A stretch of DNA of 63,789 nt, the filler included, from Octopus bimaculoides (taxonomy: Eukaryota), in assembly GCF_001194135.2 (NCBI RefSeq). It is 7 parts of 5 records of this genome, joined end to end, with 100 filler letters (N's around TTAATTAATTAA, not from the genome) between each part and the next. Parts side by side here need not be neighbours in the genome. Positions count along the whole stretch, not along the records: positions 30,340 to 41,330 come from NC_068983.1; positions 41,431 to 48,547 come from NC_068988.1; positions 48,648 to 51,615 come from NC_069004.1; 4 more parts are not named here. One strand, written 5' to 3'. The position numbers were made by a program, and so were the translations under genes. Of this stretch, positions 37,201-50,875 are shown piece by piece. How positions within the stretch are numbered: the first letter of the stretch is position 1; each line of letters begins with the position of its first letter. The notes beneath the pieces were generated by a model. It saw only the letters and a program-made list of their open reading frames with translations, ran no database searches and was not told the origin of the DNA.

Positions 37201-39567
37201 TGGTGGTGATGCCTTAACTTTGGGTGGTAACTTCTTCATTTGGCAGATGTTACATTCTGGTATGACTGCTTTCAAACATTTTGTAATTTCAAAAACACAG
37301 TATTTAAATATACTCAATGCAGTTGCAAATATTTAGTTGTTCCTAAAATAAAATAAAATAATACTCTATAAAACAACAAAATGAAATAACATTATTTCCC
37401 TCTATAATTACAACAGCCACTTTCTAGAATTACTTTAAACAAAGATCACTTTAGTCAGTGTCTGCAATGGTTTAACAATAAAATCTCTTTTGTTGTCCCC
37501 AATCAACCATTATTTTCCTTTTTTTTTTATATTATTATTTTTTCCACTTCCCCTTGCTGTAACAGCTCATTTGTCATTTCATCAACTTAATTCCTAACTC
37601 ATTACTTCCCTTTCACACTAGTTTTTCTATCTACAGGTTTCCCATTTTGTATATCTGACATTCTTTCACGACCACTATTGCTTCCACTTTGCATAACTTT
37701 ACATTCTAGTGTGGTTTCTCTTTCTATCTTTTCACTTCCTTCACTGTAAACCAATTGGCACTAACACAGTTTCCTATTTTAAATACTCACCTCTCTTAAG
37801 GAATTGCATGATGACCTACTGTCTATGCTCAAAAGGAATTAAGTTATATGTCAGTCATTCTGCTATCTAAAAGAACCTTTGCTTAAATCCCACACAGAAC
37901 AGGAAATTCCCTACTTCCGTGTGTCTTCTATCTGGGTAACATTTAAGGCTGATTACTTATAATCTCTTCCACTATATTTTTTCTAATTTAAACAACTTTT
38001 AACTTCAGAGTTGAGCAGAGAATATCTTGTCAACTAACATGACACTAAAATTTCAGGTCATATCCTGATAGTTAAAATTTCTTTTGTTTACATATATATG
38101 TATATATATATTTGAAATATATTTTTCACTTTGTACCTTCAAATCATAGTATTGATTTCTTATGAATAGATATCTTTCAAGGGAGGAGTTTTAGTCAAAC
38201 TAATAGCTCCCTTAGATACTAACAGAACTGATTTTATCAACTTTGAGGGGATAAAAGTCAAAGGTGATTAAATAATATAAGGCTATATGATTTAGTACAC
38301 TATCATTTCGATCAGCTTGTGACCTTAATGGAAAGAGTAATATTGAAAACCAATATTTTTCGGCATCAATATTTACAAGTGTGCTATTTGTACTGATTGA
38401 TTGATGTTATCATATAATAATATACATTATTTTTAATACAAATAATATATCTAGTGATGTAAATGCTGTGTGATTCCCAGATATACAACACAGGATAGTT
38501 TCCAATTTTGAGATTTTATTTGATATTGTCTTCTTTTATAATTTCATTTACATCTTGGTGGCTTTATAAAAATATAAGTTGACCCTAGTACTTGACTGGT
38601 ATTTTATTTTATCATCCCCCGGGAGAATGAAAGTCAGACTTGATGTTTCAGGGGTATTTGATCTCAGAACATAAAAGGGTTGTAACTGAATACCATTTTT
38701 GTTATGGTATATTCTAATGTTATGTTGAGAAAAAAATTGACGTTTAACTTAAATGTATTTACATTTTATCCTCTCAAGGGGTTAATGTTGATAATGAATT
38801 AATTGTGAATATTTAATGAAGACGATATTTGGCAAGCAGCAATTAGAGACTTAGGCACCATAATTGATATTAGAAGAACCAATTTAAGACTGAAAAAGAG
38901 AAACAAAATCTACTGACGATACTCAAGGGTTACATCTATCACTTGATATGCAAGCGGTTGAGTTATCTGTAACACAAGTGCTGGACAAGCAATAGATACA
39001 GGATTTGAATTCTGTCTATAGGGTTGTTTTCTTTTTTATGTCATGTTTGCTTCAACTTTTTAACGGGCTAAGTTATTATTTTATCATTTTCTATTTGAAA
39101 ATTATTAAACCTTTGATTATCAGTGGAATTACTAGCCTCAACATCCCTATTACTCCTAACTTATAGAGGCACCATCACACCATCAGAGAAAACTGTATAT
39201 CAATTTGGAAAGTAACGTGTAGACTTAGTATATGAACATTACAATTAAGTTAAAAGTCAGAATGGGTTTTCTTGCTAGTCGCCATGTCAGCCCTGATCAA
39301 CTGTAGTTCAGAGATGGCTAATTTTTTTTCTTTAGGTTTGACTTGTAGCATCATTAATAATGACCATAATGACAATTCATTATAGATAAAAACAGAAACA
39401 CAGGAAACATTAGTGTTAATAGTTTTTTTCCATTTGTTACTTTGTGTGTGTTGTTCAGACTATGGAGGGTTTGACAATATATATATNNNNNNNNNNNNNN
39501 NNNNNNNNNNNNNNNNNNNNNNNNNNNNNNNNNNNNNNNNATATATCCCCAGACACAACAGTATATA

Positions 39568-41101
39568 CAGCCTTGGCCAAAAGTATCAGGCTACCCCAAT
39601 ATTTTGGGGTTCTACTGTTTCAATGTTAATGAAACTCATCTACATGGTACATTTCACAATATACATGAGTTTTAATATCTGGCTGACCTTCCATTAGCAT
39701 CAGTTACCGCTTTTATATGGTTAGGCATTGAATCAACTAGTTTCTTGCAGGTGCTAGGCACAATTTTACTCCACTCTTCTCTCAACTTTTGTTACAAATG
39801 CTCTTTATTTTTAATTGTTTTGTTCCTGATAGCTTCACCAAGAGTTCCTCATATGTGTTCAATTGGATTTATATCAGGTTTTTGAGCTGGTCAGTCCATG
39901 GGAACAATACCTTGTGTCTCAAACCATTGACAAGTATTCTTTGCTGTATGACATGGAGCATTGTCCTGTTGAAAGATAATACTGTTTTTCAACACTCCTG
40001 GATGCAATTTAGCAATTGATGGCTTTAAAACATCTGGTAATATAGAAACATAGGTAGCTAAATTTATCCTTCCCGGACATAAAAACATTTCTCCAGGTCA
40101 TGTGGCAGACATGCAGGCCCACACCATGATAGAACCACTCCCATGTTTTACAGCTGGTACCAGACATTCAGCCTTAAATGCTTCCCCAAATCTGCAATGC
40201 ATGAAAGGAGCACCAGATGTATCGAAAACCTGAGTAAAAACATGGAAAATAATATTAGCTTTATGTTGGATACTTTTTTTTTATATATTTTGGGCAACAA
40301 ACAGGATACATTAAGTTCATATGTTGATTGAATACATGTACTATCTTGCCTCATAGTTACTTTCATCAGACTATATGACTTTTGACCATCGCTCACTGGT
40401 CCAATTTGAGTGGTTTTTGGCCCACTGAAGACGTTTTTCCATATTTGCTTCAGAAACTCATGGCTTCTTCCTGGCTTTACAGCCTTTCAGACTGTACTCT
40501 ACAAGCTTCCTTCTAACAGTTCTGGTTGATGTTTGTGAAGTACTTGCCTTGTTGAAGTTCACACAGAGCTCCGACAATGTTTTTCTTCTGTTTCTGAGCA
40601 AATAACGAATGATGGATCTGTCATCACGAGGTGATGTAACCTTTTTTCTGCCTATTCTTTATATTGTCTTCACATCTTTTGTCTCTCTGAAGTACTTGAG
40701 AATCGTTTGCACTGCACACCAAGAACATACATTGAGCAATTTGCCTTTGAGACATTCCATCTTCATGATGGGCCACGATTTGACCTCACTCACACTCACT
40801 CAACAACCTTGTTTTAAGCATTCTACTGTTTATTAACTGTACCTACAATGTATTTTAGCATAAAACTATGAAATAATCAAGGAAACATAAGTTAATTTTG
40901 AACGTTAGTCTTACTCGTAATTGGTTGTATATGTACAGTACAGTATAAAAGCGGTAACTGATGCTTAAGAAGGGTCAACCAGATATTAAAACTAATGTAT
41001 TGTGAAATATACTATAATCTACCATGTGCACAAGTTTCATTAACATTGAGATAGCAGAACCCCAAAACATTGGGGTGGCCTAATACTTTTGGCCAAGGCT
41101 G
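39568..41101 (-). mobile_element. Full-length Tc1-family (DD34E) DNA transposon, 1534 bp, decayed
   Basis: TA|CAGCCTTGGCCAAAAGTA...TACTTTTGGCCAAGGCTG|TA; imperfect TIRs at 39568-39717 and 40944-41101. Confidence 0.92.
39672..40821 (-). pseudogene. Tc1 transposase with premature stops and one intron (40230-40349)
   Basis: HTH region (GQIVAHHEDGMSQRQIA; GRKKVTSPRDDRSI), SDESNYE|VF..VKHGSGSIMVWACMS, FQQDNAPCH, PAQKPDINPIE. There are 34 residues between the second D and E. Confidence 0.9.
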
Positions 41102-41103
41102 TA

Positions 41104-41310
41104 TATCATCATCATCATCATCATCGTTTAACGTCCGCTTTCCATGCTAGCATGGGTTGGACGATTTGACTGAGGACTGGTGAAACCGGATGGCAACACC
41201 AGGCTCAAGTCTGATTTGACAGAGTTTCTACAGCTGGATGCCCTTCCTAACGCCAACCACTCAGAGAGTGTAGTGGGTGCTTTTACGTGTCACCCGCACG
41301 AAAACGGCCA
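41104..41310 (-). mobile_element. SINE/LINE 3' fragment with (GAT)n tail
   Basis: Reverse complement TGGTTGGCGTTAGGAAGGGCATCCAGC...AAAGCGGACGTTAAACGATGATGATGAT; it abuts the Tc1 end. Confidence 0.65.
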
Positions 41311-41374
41311 CCCTCGAAATAATATATATANNNNNNNNNNNNNNNNNNNNNNNNNNNNNNNNNNNNNNNNNNNN

Positions 41375-41386
41375 TTAATTAATTAA
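41375..41386. other. Artificial linker TTAATTAATTAA
   Basis: 44 N on either side. Confidence 0.9.
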
Positions 41387-41799
41387 NNNNNNNNNNNNNN
41401 NNNNNNNNNNNNNNNNNNNNNNNNNNNNNNTTGGAAGAAATTTTTCGAACTTTTTGTGTATTTTAGGGAGACCATAAAATACAGGTGTTCTTCTTTCAGA
41501 CCTTAAAATCCTAGATTCAGCCTTACTAACGAAATTGTTTTCCTCCATTTCCAAAATTATTTTGTCAAGTTCCTCTCTGTAATTGGGGTTTGGATCGACA
41601 GGTAATTCTTCATATGAAGTTTTGTCATTTAAAACTTCTTCACAAGCCGAAATATACTCACTTTTGTCTTCGAAACGCCGGTGTTAAAATGGGGGTAGTT
41701 GATGAAGGAAAATGTTCTCTATGTGGCTTGTGTGTTTTCTGTACTCTGGTTATTATTTTATTCCAAGTTTTTAATAGAAACATCAAAAACCTGTCACTG

Positions 41800-44700
41800 G
41801 GTTTCTGTGTTTGTTTGGCCCTTCGCGGGGCTCTACTCACCCCTCAAATAAATTCGATGGGCGTTTAATCATATGTAATTCTGGTCGTTCTCTTTGAGAG
41901 GTAGGTGAGATACAGGACCCACTCCTCAGTTCACCGGGATGACACTGCGTGTTTTCGTGCGAGGTACTCACTTTTAAAGAGGACCTCAATGCTAGCAAAC
42001 TGCCTCCCCCTCTGATGAGATCTACGCATCTTTTAGTCGGCCCGGAATTGGAGGCGAGATGGCAGTGCTGTTTAAGAAGGACCTGTTCACGGGGGAAAAT
42101 AATGCAGATTTCTCCAGACGTTTGAAGGTTTTCCTCGGGACGTCACGCTCTTTAATGGTAGTGGGTGACTGGAACGCAATCGTGGACGCACACCCGGATA
42201 GGGTGCGGCTAGCTGATAGGAGGCGGGGAGTAAAAACCTCGCAAATCTGCTCAGTCGCTTCCAGCTGGCTGACAGGTACCGACTGGATTTCCCGAATGCA
42301 CCAATGTCGACGTGGGCAAACCGCATCGGGTCTTCCAGATTGTTACTTGAAAGATTTATTTTGTAGGCCTGTAGATAGAAGTAGTGTAAGTTGTCCATGT
42401 TTCAAAGACGTCGGCTACACGGACCATAAATTTGTGATTTTTACGGTCGACCTAGATAGGAACCACAGACAGGTCGCCGGGTACCGGAAGCTAAACGTGT
42501 CCTTACCGGCGCACCAAGCTTTCAGAGACCAGGTTAGCAAGTTAGTCCATCGGAAGTTGGCGTGCGCAGTCGTCAACAATTGACGGTGGATAGCCCTGAA
42601 AAGGGCTATCAGATTAGAGGTGGTAGGTTTTAATAAGGAAATAGCGTTAGAGGTATCTAGGATAGAGGGAGACCTAGTTAGGAAGCTAGAGACGCTTAGG
42701 ATAGGCTTAAAGAACGATGTGCTAGCGGCGAGATTGGCTCGATAAATTCTTCAGTGTCAAGCACGATGGTTGTGTTGTCAGAGCTAGGGCGCATACACTG
42801 GGACGGGAAGGGACGAAAGCCGTTCGATGAGCCCGGGTGGCAGAGGCGCTATGTGGAAACAAAGTAACAATTCGGTTTTGGCGAATGGGTACATGATAAA
42901 CGAGTCCAAGCATATGTGTGCGGAATTTCAGCGGTACTTCGCCGAACTGTATGGAGCGCACGGTAATTCTGGGACGGTGGTGGTGTTCACCTCCTATCTC
43001 ACTGGCATGCCGCGCCTCTCAGCCAGGGATGCGGAGTTCTGCGAAATACAGATAATATCCGAAGATAAACGTGACGTGAATACGAGCTACGCAAGAGAGA
43101 AGTCTCCGGGGTGGGATGGTCTGTCCTTCGAAGTTTATTTTCATATGCCAGACTTGTTCGGTGGTCACTTGGCAGACATCTACCACAACTGGCAGCAGAA
43201 CGGGAGAATTCCTAGTGCTTTGTGCCGTGGAGTGGTTGTGCTGTTGAGGAAGGTTCCGAACAAAATGCGACAAAATTGATAATTTTAGGCCTATAACTCT
43301 GCTGAATACAGATTATAAGATTTTTGTCAAGGTGTTAGCCAAGAGTTTGGCGCTTGTTGTCGATAAGCTGGTTGGTGATGCACAAACATGCGCTATCTCA
43401 AATAGAACTATCTACAACAACCTCCACTTCACGCGAAATATCATAGAGTGAGTAGGTAAGGAGCCTGGCATGGGTGGGGCCCTGATCAATTTGGATCAAT
43501 CGAAAACTTTTGATAGGGTCGGCCACGAATACTTCAGGGCTGTTCTCGCAGAAGCAGGTTTTGGTTTTGTTTTCAGAAGCTGGATCACTGCAGTGTACAA
43601 CGGCATTGGAATCTTTTAGATAACTCGTTCGGTCCATCAAGGATTCCCACTCTCACTCCTACTGTAAGTGCTGGCTCTCGAGCCATTGCTGCAGAAGATA
43701 GATCTTTCGAGAGGAATTCTGCGTGATCTTGGATGCGGTAGTTTCGCGTCGGTTTATGCAGTTGACGTCACCGTAATAGTGTCGGATATATCGGAAATCG
43801 AGGAGGTTGGCCCTGCTCTAAGGGAGTACGAAGCGGTGACAGGATCAAAGATCAACCAGGAGAAGTCGTTGGGCTTGTAGCTCGGCACCTGGAGAGGCAG
43901 GTCCATGCCAACCGACAGCATTGTAGCGCGCTGGATGGAAGGACCAGTTAAATTACTGGAGAGGAGGTGACGAACAGGGTGGCCAATCTTACCTAGTAAT
44001 GGACAGAGAAGAACCGTCCTTGAAGGGTCGGGTGGAGGTGGCGATTGCGTACTTCACTTCCATTCTCTATTGCCGCCTCACCGTTGTTTCTCAACCCACT
44101 TCATTTCTGATAAAGTTGGAACGCTTACTCTTCCACTTTCTATGGAAGGGACGTGTTTCACTCGTCAGACGTTCCATCTGCTGTCAACAACCGCTGGGTG
44201 GAGACTTGGAATGCCGTGGCTAATGATGTACAGAACCCGCTGAGGCTGCGACATCTCCAGCGTTTCCTCAACAGTGAGTAGGTGTGGTCCCCGTTCGTCA
44301 AACGGGACTTTCGTGGCTTGACTCATTGATGGAGCTACACGCGTAGACCAAGAAAGGGGCGCTTGGCNNNNNNNNNNNNNNNNNNNNNNNNNNNNNNNNN
44401 NNNNNNNNNNNNNNNNNNNNNNNNNNNNNNNNNNNNNNNNNNNNNNNNNNNNNNNNNNNNNNNNNNNNNNNNNNNNNNNNNNNNNNNNNNNNNNNNNNNN
44501 NNNNNNNNNNNNNNNNNNNNNNNNNNNNNNNNNNNNNNNNNNNNNNNNNNNNNNNNNNNNNNNNNNNNNNNNNNNNNNNNNNNNNNNNNNNNNNNNNNNN
44601 NNNNNNNNNNNNNNNNNNNNNNNNNNNNNNNNNNNNNNNNNNNNNNNNNNNNNNNNNNNNNNNNNNNNNNNNNNNNNNNNNNNNNNNNNNNNNNNNNNNN

Positions 44701-45296
44701 NNNNNNNNNNNNNNNNNNNNNNNNNNNNNNNNNNNNNNNNNNNNNNNNNNNNNNNNNNNNNNNNNNNNNNNNNNNNNNNNNNNNNNNNNNNNNNNNNNNN
44801 NNNNNNNNNNNNNNNNNNNNNNNNNNNNNNNNNNNNNNNNNNNNNNNNNNNNNNNNNNNNNNNNNNNNNNNNNNNNNNNNNNNNNNNNNNNNNNNNNNNN
44901 NNNNNNNNNNNNNNNNNNNNNNNNNNNNNNNNNNNNNNNNNNNNNNNNNNNNNNNNNNNNNNNNNNNNNNNNNNNNNNNNNNNNNNNNNNNNNNNNNNNN
45001 NNNNNNNNNNNNNNNNNNNNNNNNNNNNNNNNNNNNNNNNNNNNGGAGCATTTGAGGAGAAGAAGGGTGTCTACCTGGCGTGCCCTTGGCAGTTGGGGTG
45101 ACCAAGATGTGTGGGGTGCCCTGGTTGGCTCTGGGTGCAACTCCCCACCCATTGGGGAATATTGTTGTTAGATTATTTTGTTAACTGTTTTTGTTTTTTT
45201 ATTGTTTACATGTTTTCTGTCTTAAACCCCACTTGTCCCTTGTTTTGTATTGCCCCTATATGGTTTTGTGTTCGGCCTTGTGATCATTAAAGAAAG
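41800..45296 (+). mobile_element. L1/Tx1-clade LINE ORF2 (APE endonuclease + RT), decayed, with an internal gap
   Basis: Endonuclease: VVGDWNAIVD, GYTDHKFV. RT: KSPGWDGL, NFRPITLLNTDYKIFVKVLA, DQSKTFDRVGHEY, VHQGFPLSLLL, YAVDV, KINQEKS. A T-rich 3' UTR ends ATTAAAGAAAG. Confidence 0.88.
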
Positions 45297-45317
45297 GATT
45301 ATCATTATTACTATTTT

Positions 45318-45530
45318 AAGGCGGCGAGCTGGCAGAATCGTTAGCACGCTGGGCGAAATGTTTAGCGGTATTTCGTTTGCCACTACGTTCTTAGTTCAAG
45401 TTCCTCCGAGGTCGATTTTATCTTTCAGGGTCGATAAATTAAGTACCAGTGAACACTGAGATCGATGTAATCGACTAGTCCCCTACCCCAAATTTCAAGC
45501 CTTAACAGAAAGGGTTATTATTATTATTAT
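45318..45530 (+). mobile_element. SINE family B between ATT-rich tracts
   Basis: AAGGCGGCGAGCTGGCAGAATCGTTAGCACG...CAGAAAGGGTTATTATTATT. Confidence 0.85.
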
Positions 45531-46463
45531 TATTCCAGCATCATTATATGTGACACTTCACCGTCCTACCTTCTTACGAGAATATCTTATTTTATACTGT
45601 TACATAAAAATCAATTATTTTGATTTCGAGGCAATATTTCCTTGGCTCTTACTCATTAATTTAACAAAAAGCTAACAGATTTTTTTAATCCATTAGAAAA
45701 TTAGCTTTAAGAAATCACTTAAATTTCTTTAAATTTAGTGTAAGATTTTAGAAGATGAAATAAATTATAATGACATTTTGTCTCTTGGTGATAACAACCT
45801 CCATATTCCAAATTCTATTTTAAAATTTATCTTCTCTCGTAAGACGAACAGACATTCTGAAACAGACTATTGTCATTTATGAGAGGTACGCTTTGAAAGT
45901 TGACTAGTTAGATATTGTAATATGAGTAAAATCAATTATAATTATTTGTGTTGTTGAAGAATGGGTTGCCTGTGCGTAATTCACTGCTAAATAAAGTAGC
46001 TTTTATTGTAATTGTGTCCTTTTATTTGCTTGTCTTTACATGTACCCCCATCTTGTGAAAAATTCTTGTGATTAAGAAATAAAAGTATGGAGAAATGAAG
46101 CGAAAATGAATGTTTTTTTTTTGTTTCACCAATGTATTCAACATTACAAGAACACTACACACGCGCACAAACTTACACGTATGCTACGTATATTTGTATC
46201 TCTCTTTCTTTCACTCTCTCTCTCCCTCTCCCCCTCTCTCTCATTCTCTCTCTGTGCCTCTCTCTTTATATATATGTATCTATGCATGTACGTACGTACG
46301 CATGTGTGTATGTATGTGCGTGTGTGTGTATGCGTGTGTGTGCGTGTATGTCTGTGTGTACGCACGCACATGCACATACATGCATAAATGAATGTGTGCG
46401 TGCGTATGCTTGTGTGAGTGTATGTTTTACAAAATATAATTGATACAAAGGGAGTACAAGAAA

Positions 46464-46501
<38 letters not shown>

Positions 46502-47715
46502 ACAACAACAACAACAATACTCTCATAATATGAAAAACAACAAAATTGTGTACGTCTTTCATTTTATTAGTAGCTTTTGTCAAATATTCATTTGATGTAA
46601 TAATCGCCATTTTGAAAGCTTCTTATTTTGTCATAGATATTATTGCTCACGTGACTAACTGATGTGAAATATAAAAATATTTTCCATAAAATTCAGGCAA
46701 AAGAGCCGCAGAATGGTAAAAGAAATTTTTTTTTAAAATACGGTCTGTAAAAAAAATTGCAAGAAGTTAAAAAAATTTTGAAACGCAAAATGTATTCAAT
46801 AAAACTAGAATCAAGTACAATAGTTAACTAACCAAAAGATAGATCTATATCGGCGTGTGTGTGTGTGTGTGTGTGTGTGCATGTGCGTGCGTGCGTGCAA
46901 GCGCTTGTCTTGTGTGCTTGTGTGTTGTTGTCTGTGTGTGTGTGTGTGTATGTATGTATATGAATGGACAATAGCACACAACACAAGCGCACACAACACA
47001 AGCGCACACACATATGTATATACATATACATACGTATACACACACATACATATTTATATATAAAGGTAGTGTTTGTGGCACTTTAATGTGGGTGTTCTCT
47101 AAGAGATGACGATATTGCCGTTTTAACCTTAGGAAGATATCTCTTCCAGTTGGTTTATTCAGTGCACTTTCGTACTCGATATTTATTGCAAGCGCGAGAG
47201 AACTCCTGCCTCCCTAGCTTTAAGACCACCAGACAATGTGATTTCAATCCTTTTTGGATCTCTTCGGTGATGGGCACTCTTTTGCCAGGCATGGCAGTAG
47301 TCTAACCTCACTGATTTTGTAACTAGGAAACAAGTCCGTTATATAAATACCAGTCTATGTATGTTTATCCCAGAAAGGCTCTGAAATGGTGCATCCTCGA
47401 GAAAAACGAATTCGATTTCTCAAAGAAAAGGTCGTCCATAAATAATTAAAAAAATGTTATGAGAAATAACATAACTTTTAGATCGCTAACTCTCCCACTC
47501 TCTATCTTTCACGACTAATGTATCTCTCTCTCTATATATATCTATCATGCTCTTTGACACTCACCCTATTTGTATATGCATTAACTCTCATGTATTACTT
47601 TCTATAGCACTACAACATTTTATATTATTGTATTCAATTCGATTTCATTTCCTTGGAAAATTTTATGATCTTTTGTGTCTGTGTATGGAACAACTTCTCT
47701 CTCTCTCTATCTCAC

Positions 47716-47761
<46 letters not shown>

Positions 47762-47763
47762 GT

Positions 47764-47940
47764 CAGCTCTGGCTGTGTGGTAAGAAGCTTACTTCCCAAC
47801 CACATGGTTCTGGGTTCAGTCCCACTGTGTGACACCTTGTGCAAATGTCTGCTGCTATAGCCTAGGGCCGCTCAAAGCTGAAAGGAGGCCGTCGTACATC
47901 TATACATATTGTATAGCTGAGTTTGTGTGTGTGTGTGTTG
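47764..47940 (+). mobile_element. SINE family A 5' half
   Basis: GGCTGTGTGGTAAGAAGC...GGGTTCAGTCCCACTG. Confidence 0.75.
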
Positions 47941-48591
47941 CATCTATAGAAATCCACACCTTACAAGTTAGCAATCTGGGAGTCGCACCAATGGATTCCT
48001 CATGGTCGAAAATGCCTGGAATCGGCCATTTATTATTTTTTTTGTTTCCTAAGATGTGAATTTTTGTATTAAAAATAATTTTAAACCAGAACTTATAACA
48101 ATTTTACAGTCGGAGCATGAGTTAAGTTCCCTTCTAGCGACGATGATCCTTCGCAAACGATCACCTATTATTTTGTAAACAATGTTACGAAACTGTTCAT
48201 GTTTTCGCCGTTTCTCCACAACTAATTTCCAAATTTGCTGAATCCATTGCTCTACTCATAGCGACATATAGCTGGTCGTGCGTGAACATGGGAGAGAGCA
48301 GAAGTTACCAGACCAAAAATCCTAAGTGTTCACTGTAGATACGATCCTTCGCAAACAATCACCTATTATTTTGTAAACAATATTACGAAACTGTTCATGT
48401 CTTCGAATTATATATATATATATACATATATGCTTTCGGTGCAAATGGTTTTGTTATACGACGCCGTATTTTACAATCATGTAAATAATAATAATAATGG
48501 TACTTTTTTATATAAGCTTAATGTTTATGGCGTTCACCGTGCAATGANNNNNNNNNNNNNNNNNNNNNNNNNNNNNNNNNNNNNNNNNNNN

Positions 48592-48603
48592 TTAATTAAT
48601 TAA
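48592..48603. other. Artificial linker TTAATTAATTAA
   Basis: 44 N on either side. Confidence 0.9.
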
Positions 48604-49114
48604 NNNNNNNNNNNNNNNNNNNNNNNNNNNNNNNNNNNNNNNNNNNNTTTACCTACTCCATTCTTTCATTTTTGGATATTTATGCGCTTATACAGCAACT
48701 CCAGTTGCTAACCATGAACTATAAAATAACCATTCTTTCAGCTTATCGTACTTCGATATGGGAAAAATTCACGACCTTCTGCTCCAATAAACCACTGCTG
48801 TTCCTGAGAGTTTATACCCTCCACGGACTGCGTGAAACTCACTAACTTCCTACATCTTGATCTTTGGATCTTACCTTTAACACACACACACACATACATA
48901 TACACACACACATACATATACACACACACATACACACACACATACACACACACACACACACTTATATATCTATATACAGCCCTAAAATACAAAAAGAATT
49001 TACCAAGACGAGGTGAAAACAACAGTGTATTAGCTTAACTAGCAGGAAAAATGGAAGATGCGTTCAATGTCTCAAGCCTACGCTCTCCAACAAAAAAGAT
49101 AGAAGAGGACAGAA

Positions 49115-49148
<34 letters not shown>

Positions 49149-49334
49149 TTGTCATTGTAGATACATTTATGTGTGTATGCGTATATATGTTACACACGCA
49201 TATGTTCATGTGTGTATGTATTCCATATCAACGTTCGTATATATTAGGACATACATAAATGGTGAGTGATTTGCTTAATTTTACACATTCTCGTATATTC
49301 TCTTTCTTTCGTTCTTTCTCCCTGTCTTATGCAT

Positions 49335-49392
<58 letters not shown>

Positions 49393-49528
49393 NNNNNNNN
49401 NNNNNNNNNNNNNNNNNNNNNNNNNNNNNNNNNNNNNNNNNNNNNNNNNNNNNNNNNNNNNNNNNNNNNNNNNNNNNNNNNNNNNNNNNNNNNNNNNNNN
49501 NNNNNNNNNNNNNNNNNNNNTTATGCAT

Positions 49529-49591
<63 letters not shown>

Positions 49592-50169
49592 AAAGCACAC
49601 ACAAGTTCAGATACGAGCATACGCAGACACACAGATTACGATGCATATCTATTTACAAAGAAAAAAACACTACTTGGCGGCCATGATAATCATGGCACTT
49701 TATACAAATTTTGAGATTGAAATTGTTCACCATACAAGATTGTTCACTATTTAACATTCATTGAATCATCACTACAGGATTCGCGTTAAAAATGAACAAA
49801 CAATTACTGGACTATAAGCAATAAATAACTAATGAGGAAACCAATCAAAAAGAGATGGATGTATCAATTAACTTGTCTTCCATATTGAGTTTCTCATCTG
49901 TTCAACAACAATCAACCAATCATATTGGAGATTATCATATTGTCACGTGAACTACCAAAACTCTTCGTAAACATACCATCATTTAAACTTTCTTCTTGTG
50001 ATCTTAATATTACCATGGATATTAAGGTGGCGATATTGAATTCTGAGTTCAAATTCCGCCGAGGTCGACTTTCCCTTTCATCCTTTTAAGTTCTATAAAA
50101 TTAGTACCAGTTGTGCACTGGGGTCGATGTAATTACTGGCCTTTTCCCAATATTTACAACCAATATAAT

Positions 50170-50875
50170 TATGGGTGTTATCAAATATATAATTATGTGG
50201 AATATACGACAGATATCATCATGTGAATAGTCTCGGTATCAAAATGTGAAGAATATAATAACATGCGGACTATATCATATCACTATGAGCACAGTATCAT
50301 ATCAATATGCGGGTAATACTATATGATTGTGTGAACAATATTATACCAATATCTTAAAGGTATCACATCAGTATATGGATTTTATTATAGCATTATGTAA
50401 ACTATATCATTTTATATGAATTGTTATACCGTCATGCGAATTATATCGTATCATTATGTGAACAATATCATGCTACTATTTGCACCTTGATATCATTTTG
50501 TGAACTCTATCATATCATCATATGAACTGTGACATCATGTTCATTATATTACATCATTACTTGAATTATAACATATCGTCTTGTGAACTATATTGTATCA
50601 TTATGTGAATTATATCGTGCCATTACTTGAACAATATTATACCAACATGTGGATTTTATGATATCATTATATGAAGTAGCATTTCATCGTGTGAACTATA
50701 TCATATAATGTGAAGTATACAATATCGTTTCGTGAGTCATATTACATCATGTAAACAATATCACAACGTTTTGAGAATATACACATATCACCATGTGACC
50801 AATATCATGCCATTAAGTGAAACATATCATATCAACACCATATAAGCATACCATCATATATGAAATATCCATTCA
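50170..50875. repeat. Degenerate minisatellite, about 22-nt unit (consensus near ATATCATATCATTATGTGAACT)
   Basis: Recurring TATCAT...TGTGAAC/TGTGAAT motifs at about 17-23 nt spacing. Confidence 0.7.
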
